From NCBI GenBank assembly GCA_023231475.1, contig JALJEE010000712.1:1-64000 (forward strand): a stretch of 64,000 nucleotides of DNA, given 5' to 3'. The translations under genes and the position numbers were made by a program. Shown piece by piece: positions 54,861-64,000 of the stretch. Position 1 is the first letter of the stretch, and every line of letters starts with the position of its first letter. Source of the DNA: Seison nebaliae. Lineage: Eukaryota. The notes beneath the pieces are model-generated. The model had not been told where the DNA came from and ran no database searches. It saw only the letters and a list, made by a program, of their open reading frames with translations.

Positions 54861-55427
54861 TTCGTTTATTCTTAAAATTTCCTTTTACAATTAAGCTTCT
54901 CATTAAAATGTTTCTCAATTTTCTTCTCATACATTTTGAAAGATTAATCTAAGTTTAAAGGACTTCCCAATATTTCTTCCCAATTAAACTAAAGGTCAAC
55001 AGTTTAATTGTGGTGAACTTACTATTATTATGTCAGAACTGGTGTGGTTCTCAGAAAAGATTTCTTCGATTATACAATAATTCATATTTAGAATTACTTA
55101 TGAACTGACATGAGAAAGCTTTGGGAAATAACCACATAATATCTGATGAATATCTTTCTTTCCCATCCCATGAATTTGATAAACACTAACGTTACAAAAT
55201 AGGTTTATGTTCCGTTGAATCAGCGTTTAATTTTTTATAAAATAACTGGAAAGTAACCTTATATAATGATAAGTTTCCTCTTTATCTTACGACAAATCAA
55301 TTTTTTTTAGAAAAGACCTAAAATATTACTTATGTAATTATTATGTACAATTTTGAGTTGTAATTACCGTTACTTTCTTCAAAGTTAAACGTTGATATTA
55401 CTTCTTGCTTTTCTTACTTATTTTAAA

Positions 55428-55468
55428 GTTACTATATACTATATAGTATATAGTAACGTTAACGTTAC
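55428..55468. repeat. Overlapping perfect palindromes (30 bp and 16 bp)
   Basis: gttactatatactatatagtatatagtaac (55428-55457) and gtaacgttaacgttac (55453-55468). Confidence 0.9.
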
Positions 55469-55731
55469 AAACAAAAATTTACACGAACAATAAAACTTAA
55501 AAACTTTCTATTTTTTTAAAAGGGAAATGAAATTGTTTCGATATATATATATATAGTAATATATTTCCGATAATCCATAATTAATGCTCTTGAAAAATAA
55601 AGACATCATCGACCTAATAACAGCTTATGAAATTAAAATGAGAATATCTGAAATACAACATGTTCATTCATTGGAAGAAGAGTTTACAAAAGAACAAAAG
55701 AAAAACTTTAGTTGCATTTTTATTTAAATAT

Positions 55732-56547
55732 TTATTGCATATTAATAAATGTTAAATCATAATGTGTTTTATTATTTCTACCCGAACAACAACCAGAAGG
55801 TTTATCAGGAAAGTATTTCGAATGATTAATTGAAGGTTCGTTTTGCATAGAAACAGTGATAAGATGACCGAGGACGGACCTGATATTTGAACTACTTTCG
55901 GCACTAACCAAGAACGAATCCATTTGATATTCTTCGCAAAAATTATTTATGGTATTTTCATTGATTTCTTTCATTTGCTACAAATGGAAATTGTTATAAT
56001 TTTGTTACGTAAGAATAAATAAAGTATTAAAGACCTCATCAATTGGTTTATCAGTTTTGTTTGCTAAAACGATCATTTCATAATGTTCTAATGTACAATA
56101 TTCTTTGAAAATTAATCGCCAACGCTCTAAGGACTGAAGAGAATAATTTCAATTTTTTCCATTAAAATGAGAACGTCAATGGAAGATTTCTTCGTTATAT
56201 CACATACTAGGATACACCAATTCATCCGTCGGATATTTGATGGGAGAAGTGCATTATGCTTTTCTAATCCTGCTGTGTCCCACATCTTTCAACAGCATTA
56301 AAAGTTAGAAAAATAGAAGAAAAATAAAAGTTGAAACTTCCAATAAAATGTTTTTGCCCATATATGGACAGATTACCCTACTAACATCAATACCTATCGT
56401 CGCAGATGGAAATTTTTTGTATGTTCCTTCTGTCATTCTTTTAATGATCGAAGTTTTCCCAACACTTTCCATTTAAGAGAATTAATGGGAAAAACTGAAG
56501 AAAATTCACCTGGAATCACCAAGAAGCATCACTCGTACTGTATACAT
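55732..56547 (-). CDS. Divergent Rab-like small GTPase A, 5 exons
   Basis: GDS|SVGKTS, ATIGID, WDTAGLE, ANKTD, VSAE; internal GCC near the C-terminus. Confidence 0.88.
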
Positions 56548-57022
56548 TATTCTTCAAACTTTATAAATCTTTAAAATACATAGATCAAAATAAAAATCTT
56601 TTAACTTTCATCTGATTAAGTTGTATGTGACTTATATAGAAATAAGATACCTGGAAAATAATACAATAACATGATGTGGATAAACCAAAAAAGCGTGGCT
56701 TTTCAAAATTCGATGGTCGTAATCTTAAAACAATATATGCCATTTTTACATAATCTTGAAATTTGTCTGAACTTTCAAAATACACAATTAACTATCACCT
56801 AATAGGAAATTAATTGTAAAACAAGAAATATGTAGTTGGAAATTGAGTTTGGCAATTCGTTGTCCTTTAAATTTCCTTTAAACTAACATAAGTAAGTAAG
56901 TGAATATTTTAAATTTTCCTAACTTATTTCACAAGAGAACGATAACTAATTTAACTTTATTTTAACATTATATTATTGTATAAAACGAGGAAATATAATT
57001 GTATTGGAAAGTTTAGTAATTA

Positions 57023-57832
57023 TCACAGATAGTAACATCTCGGAGGTTTTACGCGTTTAATTGCCATTGGATAATCCTTGGACGTTGTAGCAATATAATG
57101 GAATAATTTATAGATATTATAATTAGATTTGGCACTTGTCTCACAATATCTAAATTGATGAGCAACACACCATGTTTTTATTCTTTTCTTATTCCTTCGA
57201 ATCACCTGATTAATATAATTTCAATTTAATTCTGAATAAATTGAACCTGATAGAAAGGTGAAGATAGTTCCAAATCGACTTTGTTTGCTACTACTAGAAA
57301 TCTGTAGTAGTCTAAACGACAACTATCTTTAAAATATTTCACCCATTCATCCAATCCCTGAAAGAATAAGATAAATGAATGATAAATTAACAATTGCCAA
57401 CTTTAATAGGATTATCTAATGACACATCACAAACCAACAGACACCAATTAACATAAACATAATTGCCAGGAACCGACGCTGGATTATTTGGTCTGATTCG
57501 TCTCATATCACCCGCCTGCCATACCTTTGTATCAAATAGAGCATTTTATATTATCAGATATATATATATATATATATATATATATTCTTCGATGGAGGAC
57601 TAACTTCTAAATGAATTTTCTGTTCCCCAATTGACATAATTCTGTGGATGACTTCGGGATATGTTGTTGGACAGTATGCTTTCGGAGAAGCATCGAATCC
57701 TCCTCCATCAAATCGTTCAACTATTCCACTCTTTCCCGTACTATTTAAGAATAACTGATTATATTCAGACAGGAAAGTACATTAATATAACTTTCTTTCA
57801 CCCACCAAAGTTACTCGAACAACCAAATTCAT
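57023..57832 (-). CDS. Divergent Rab-like small GTPase B, 5 exons
   Basis: GERN|TGKS, CPTT, degenerate G3 (VWQAGDMRR), ANKVD, ETSAK, CaaX CYYL; same intron positions as GTPase A. Confidence 0.85.
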
Positions 57833-58436
57833 TTTTCTCTACGTGTTAGAAGAAACTAACGAACTAATTCCTTTTCACATGATGATTTTTCTTGTTGAAA
57901 AAACCAGATAGATAAAACTTGAAACAACACATCTATCTGTTATGCGACAAAACATAATACATTACCTGTTTTTCATAACAATTTGATGGTTTTCCCAAAA
58001 ATATATATACGATTTTTCGAAATTATTTCAAATTTTTGATATTTTAAATTTCATTTCATACAAATTGTATGATACAATTTTAAAACTACTCCAATAAACT
58101 TCGTAAGTTACAATTCAATTCAAATGACCAATAATAATTCGTAAGAAAGAAATATCGATGAGGAAAAGGTTTGGCAATTTATTGATGATAATAATAATTT
58201 ATTTTAGACTGAAAAAATGGAAAATGAAGAAAAGGAAAAATAAAGTAAATAAGTAAATTTAGTTTTTTTTCCCGATAATTTCTTTCTTTTTTTATGGAAC
58301 GAGAAATTGAAATCAATTAAACTTTGATTGACGGAAATGACAATATTGGTAAGGAATGAAAAGAAAAACATTATAAATAGAAACTATAGAAAATGAAGAT
58401 GGAACGAAAGAGAGAAGGAGAAGATGATTCGAAATT

Positions 58437-61400
58437 TTACACATTTACATGTGACGTACTCATATCTCGCATTCGAGAGATTGCCTTCTGAAATATATTT
58501 CCGATTCTTGTCGGTCTTCCTCCATTGTTGTTGTTGTTAGTGTTATTGTTAGTGCTAGTATTTAAATGATCACCATTAATTAAAGATGTTGAATGATATA
58601 TCTGAAAAAGAGAATAAATAAATGAATGAATGAAAGATAATAAATGGAAAAATAAAACGAACTTCTTTCACTTTTAACATTTCAATGGTGGATAAGAGTA
58701 ATGATCGGGAAATATATGTATCTTGTGAACGTGAACGTTGTCGTTGATTCGATGATATTAAATTAAAATTCGCTGGTAATTGTTCATTTCTCATTTGTTC
58801 TTTTAACAAATATAATTCGGTAGCTTTCTGATTATTATTCCATTGAACATCTTCCAATTGTTGTTGCAATTCCTCCAACTTCCAATTCAATTTATTCAAT
58901 TGAATATTCTTTTGTTTCTTCTCCTCTTCATATTGATCGATTTTATGATATAGTTGTTGTAAATGGTTACTGACGAATGTATCTCTCTTGTCCAATTCGA
59001 GACGATTACGAGCCAATTCCTTACAAAGACTCTCGATTTTCTTCCGTGGATTCATTTCTTCCATCTCCTTCAAATAAATATCCTCCAACTTCTTCAATTT
59101 GACCAGATTAATTTTTTTCAAATATTCCACAATACTAATCATCAATTTATCAATCTCTTTCTCGTTCAAATAGATTCGAGGGAGATTCACACGAAAATAT
59201 CGAAGTATCTCTTCGAAATGGAGAACGAGCAGATCTTTCTTCGATCGTTTCAAGAGAGCAAGTCCAACGGCAAATATGACCGTTCCTCCATCCAAGAAGA
59301 ATAAGTCGAGTATACGATAAACGAGTGGTAATGGGAATTTCGAAGTGTAAAGTGTGAGGAACCATTGAGAAGCGAACATATGAATTTCCAATTGAAGATC
59401 ATTAAAATGATCGAAAATTTCGAGGAGATGTTCTTTGATCAATTGTTTGAATTGGAAGAATTTCATTTGAAGATGAGAGAAATCAGCAATGAATAATTTA
59501 GTTAGATCATATGTTGTCATCAATTGAGATAAGAGATAGAAACTTTGTTCTTCCGGTAAATGAAGAAGGAGAGTAGCAGTAAGGAATGATAATCCTTGAC
59601 AATATCCAACTTCAGCATGATAAAGTGAAAAGGCTTTACATACTCGAAATAAATGTGAACATAATGATTCAGTGGATGATGTTGTTGTTGATTGATTCAA
59701 CAATAAATTATCATGATCATTCATATTCTTTAAATCATTATTATTTGGATCAGTATCATTCGATGAACTGAAATATGGATGTGCTGGAAATGTTCTATAT
59801 AAATCACGTCGAATAATATCATCGAATGTCGATGATTTTGATAAGAGCATTTTATATTGATCGAACATTTCAAATTCTTTTTGTTCGACACAACCTGCCA
59901 ACAATTGCCACACTTCACCACGTAACGCTTCAGGAATTCCATGATGATAAATTAATTCCTTCAATTGAATTGGACGTGATTCTTTCAATTTCTCCATTTT
60001 TCCTTCATCATTAATCATTTTTCTATTATCTCTCCATAATCTCATCAATTGATCCCATAATTTCAATTCATCCAAATCATTAACTTCTTTACTCACTTCA
60101 CCACTTCCAGACAACACCATCGATTCCACTTCAGTAATATTTTCCGAATCAATATCATTCACAGCCAACGCATTAATTCGTTGTCGTTCCACACTATTTA
60201 TTAGATCAATCATCATTGTTTTAATATTTGCATATTTGCCCACCGTCTTCTCGATCATATGCATCGCATAAACCACAAAATGATTTGTCAATGATTTCTG
60301 ACGAGGAATTAACCAGAACTTTTCATTCATCGGGAAAATTTTCGCTTTTATTTCAAAATTGAAGACGAGCGGATCCACCACCATTCCCACAATCAAATTA
60401 CACACCAAAGTGAAGAAAACACGATGTTCTTTCGTATTGTCCAAACGTAAAATGTCAAAATGAACTTTCGTCATATCCCAAAATCCTTCTACCACAAATT
60501 TCGATTGTGCAGTTCTTGGTTGAGCATCAGCCGGTTGCATTCGTCCTTCCAATAATATCATATCACTCGATTTCACCATTCGTCCTGGTGCAAATAATAG
60601 ACCCAAACATTTCACGAAAGTTAATGGGGAGCGAGTATGACTTACGAATTGAGTTGATGCATTCTCTATGAACGCCTCTAACGAATCAATCCATTTGATG
60701 GTTTGTCGTCTCCTTTGGAGTACGACGGATGTTGATTGACTCACTTCATTAATCTTCGATCGCTCTCCATCACGTATAAGACGAATATTTAATGGTAATT
60801 GTTCCTGTTTCTCTATTTCTTTATCTTCCTGTGATTGGTCGGTGGGTTGGACGACTGATTTTCGTGGAATTCCCAATGAAGCACTCGATGAACGGAATGT
60901 GATACGAAAACGTTTATCGCAATTTGTACGTAATTTGAAAAATTGATCTTGAATAGGACAAAGAATCCATTCCGTTTCATCAATTTGTTGCTCATCGAAA
61001 TCCATTCGACCAACAGTTCCTGGTGTTGATTCGAATATTTCCAATTTCGCTTCAACTGTATGAGAACTGAAGAAAATATCATTGTCTTCCAAATCAACAT
61101 CGATTTTATTATCGCTCGTTACTTTCATTTTCGTCTTCTCACTCACAGTTGTCGTTGTTGATGTTAACAAGAGAGAACCATCACCATTTGATGAAAGTGA
61201 TGCGTCTTTTGTGGACGACGGTAAAACTTTCGAATCATTTCCTGTAGATGATGGAATTGATGATAATGAATTGAATAATTCATCACCTGATCTATTCGAT
61301 CCAATTCTCTCCAATTCGTCCAATTTTGAAATATGTTGAGATGCCTCGGCAGCGGTGGACGGTTGCCACGACCGTCGGAATGATTTTAAAATGACCGATG

Positions 61401-62214
61401 GCACTCCAGGAATTGCACATTGGAAAACGTGAATGACAAATTTCGGTTCAACGGCAAAAGAATGATTAGTGGACTTATTCCGAATCGTTTGTCTTACGTC
61501 AACATATTTTGACGTTTCATCTCCATTGAGTGCGACGAAAGCAAAACATAATTCTTCTTCACTTCCCTCATTGCCTATGATGGACAAATAAACATTTCCC
61601 AATTCATAAGACGCATAAATCTCTTCCATCTTCTCTTCATCAACTTTCTCTAAACTCAATTCTTTCACATTTCTTTCACTCGATTTTGTGTTATCTAAAT
61701 TCTCTTCCGATTTACCCAGACATTTTTCATCATTCTTTTCTTCCACTTCCATCATCTCTGAACAATCACTAATCGTTTGTCTTCTTGTTTTCCGTTCTTT
61801 CGTTCCAATTCTCATTTTAGAACGACCCTTCTTATTTCCTTCTTCATTCTCCTCTTTATTATCAGAAACTTTTTTTAAAATTTTTATCGATCCATTTCCA
61901 CTATTATTGGGAATTATTATAGATGCATCAAATGGACCATCAATCAATGACGTTCGTTCTTTCGGCAATTCCGGTAACGAAGTCAACGAGAAACGAGTAG
62001 AAATCGATGACAATAACGGCGATTTCGGTGATTTCGTCGTTTTCGATGATTTCAAAATAAAATCATGATAATCTTGTCGGAAAGAAACCGTCCGAATCAA
62101 TTTAACGTAAACCGTCGCCAAATCTTCATTCAACGCTTCTTCGATCAGTGAGCTGCCCAAATACAAGAGAGAATCGAAACGACATTCATCATTCTTCATT
62201 TTCCCGACCACCAT
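58437..62214 (-). CDS. RABGAP1: Rab GTPase-activating protein 1-like (PTB-like, middle domain, TBC, coiled coil)
   Basis: LLYLGSS...CFAF...IHVFQC (PTB-like); LSGSGEVSKE; GIPEALRGEVWQLLAG; IRRDLYRTFPAH; GYCQG; HMFASQWFLTLYTSKFPL; short last exon 58601-58437. Confidence 0.93.
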
Positions 62215-63811
62215 TCTCTTATTTCATATTCACATTCAACTTTTCCTGTTTTTTTTTTTTGAAAAAAAATTGATTCTTTACGAATAAAAAATTTGAAATT
62301 TTTTCATCAATTCTTCAAAATAAATGAAATATTCTCCGTCGATAAATTAATTGGAAACATTGGAAAATAAGAGTTGAACGAAAAGCGAAATAGAAAAAGA
62401 AATAAATTTATTTACGTAGAGAAGCCACACAAGAGAAGAAGTATCCTGTTATTATGTCAGCATCTCATTAAGGAGATGGAAATTAATGAGAAGAGAATTT
62501 CTATTTTCTTATCATTCAATAAAAGAATCGCACAATATTTTTTTTCCTTTGTCCAACAACTAATTTTGATTAAGAATTCGCTTGAAAATGAGATTTCACA
62601 TTTTATTTCAAACGGATAATAAGCAACTTGCCTATTGGGTCACTTATTCTCGCGACGTAGTCCTCTCCCATTTCCCTTTTATAACGACTTTTTTCCCAAC
62701 TCGTATGTGGGACATGTCATATCTTCTCTACTAATTTTCGGACAATTTATGTTCATATTTTTTTTTGCACTCGAAATGATCAAATTGTAGTAGATATCTA
62801 TAGAGATAATATATAATAGGTTCGTTTCCTCCCACTTATTCAATTATTTTATTCGTTATCTGTAAAAAGTTTAATTCAATTATGAAAAAATGAATGATAT
62901 ATTGACATAAATTACTATGAAACATTTCCATTTGTATGTGGAACTGTTTCGAAATTAGAGCAGAAGGAAAAATATGAAAGAATAAGGTCCTGAGTATGAG
63001 GGAGAAAGAAACCGTTCCTATGGTTCTATTAGTTGGAGATCTCCTCGAAGAGGAACTGTCCTACAACTGTCACAATTTAACATTAAAATGAACATAATAT
63101 ACGTCATTGTCAAACGTATTGAACATCAAATTTTTCCCCTTGTTCAACTCTCCACCCATCTCTCACAACGTTCTCCCAAAACAAAATTATTTAACTTTTA
63201 TATTTAAAAATTTTTTTTCGTCATTTTCCTTTTATATAATCTTCTTTTATTGTGTACATACGTGTGTTTTTGTGAGTGTGTGTGTGTTGTGTGTGTGTTT
63301 TTTTTTTGGTATGTGTGTATTTGTTATATGCACATGTTTCGTTGGACATTATCAATCGGTCCTTCATGTGAGTAACGTATCTTGAGAAAGAGGAATAATG
63401 CAATTTATTATAATCGACAAAACATATAAATAATTCTCTCGAATTTTATGAGTTACGATTTTCTGTTGTTTTTCTTTCTCTTTTCCTCTCCCTTATGAAT
63501 AATGGAAGCCAGATATTAGACGTTGTACTTAAACAACACGACTCTACAAGGAAGTGTGTGTAAAGGGAAACCCTTAAAAAAGGACAGACGATAATGATAC
63601 ATAGTTGCAACTCGAAAATTTTCTTCTGAAATTCTTTTTAATAAATTCACATCGAACTTATCATTCATTCTATCTAATTTTAAGTTTTATGTAAATAAAT
63701 TTAATTGAAATCATTCGAAAAAATTAATAATTGTAAATGATAAATAATTAAGATTAATTCGAAGTCGAAAAAAATTCATAAATTATTTTTAGGATGAGAA
63801 GAAGCTTTTCG

Positions 63812-63841
63812 TTCATTCATTCATTCATTCATTCATTCATC
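63812..63841. repeat. (TTCA)n microsatellite, representative of many simple repeats (e.g. (TA)n ~57558-57584, (GAA)n ~30564-30590, coding (AAT)n)
   Basis: Directly visible. Confidence 0.9.
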
Positions 63842-64000
63842 CTCTCAACTCGTCGAATGAGTGAAGTGAATGTGAGAAGAAGAAGCTCAAATGAAATTAA
63901 TTTGACTCACCATTTCCTCGAATCGATCAAATGAAATTCCTCTTCAGCAGTTTGTAAGTATAGAGTGAAAACCATGAGCAAATAGTAAAAAAGAATGGGA

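Noticed and set aside
53338..62214. SL-trans-spliced operon of five co-oriented genes
   Set aside because: Spacers of about 0.5-0.9 kb are ordinary here and the sequence gives no positive evidence.
1..64000. CRISPR array, rRNA, prokaryotic operon or non-standard genetic code
   Set aside because: No repeat-spacer or rRNA motifs; conserved genes read in the standard code and end in TAA, TGA or TAG.

Overview
AT-rich eukaryotic (animal) genomic DNA with compact genes, mostly 42-60 nt introns and many microsatellites. The taxon cannot be fixed from the sequence; a compact-genome invertebrate such as a syndermatan is only a guess. Hand-spliced gene models: two paralogous type II membrane proteins with Thr-rich stalks (<1-886 and 48349-49982), La/SSB, FAM47-like, TRAK/Milton, MAP9-like, a G-protein gamma subunit, a degenerate delphilin-like formin, an N/Q-rich protein ending in an LSM12-type Sm fold, an LDLa-TM protein, CCT6, a small coiled-coil protein, a Ly6/quiver-family protein, two tandem atypical Rab-like GTPases and RABGAP1. 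Non-genic elements: a LINE-ORF1-like relic, a MITE-like foldback and a GC-rich structured ncRNA candidate. The most notable observations are an almost universal GTT 5' splice site, two candidate 1-2 nt microexons flanked by the rare canonical GTAAGT donor, the unnamed surface-protein family, the atypical Rab pair beside a RabGAP, and the ncRNA candidate. All family calls are from motif recognition; no database searches were run.
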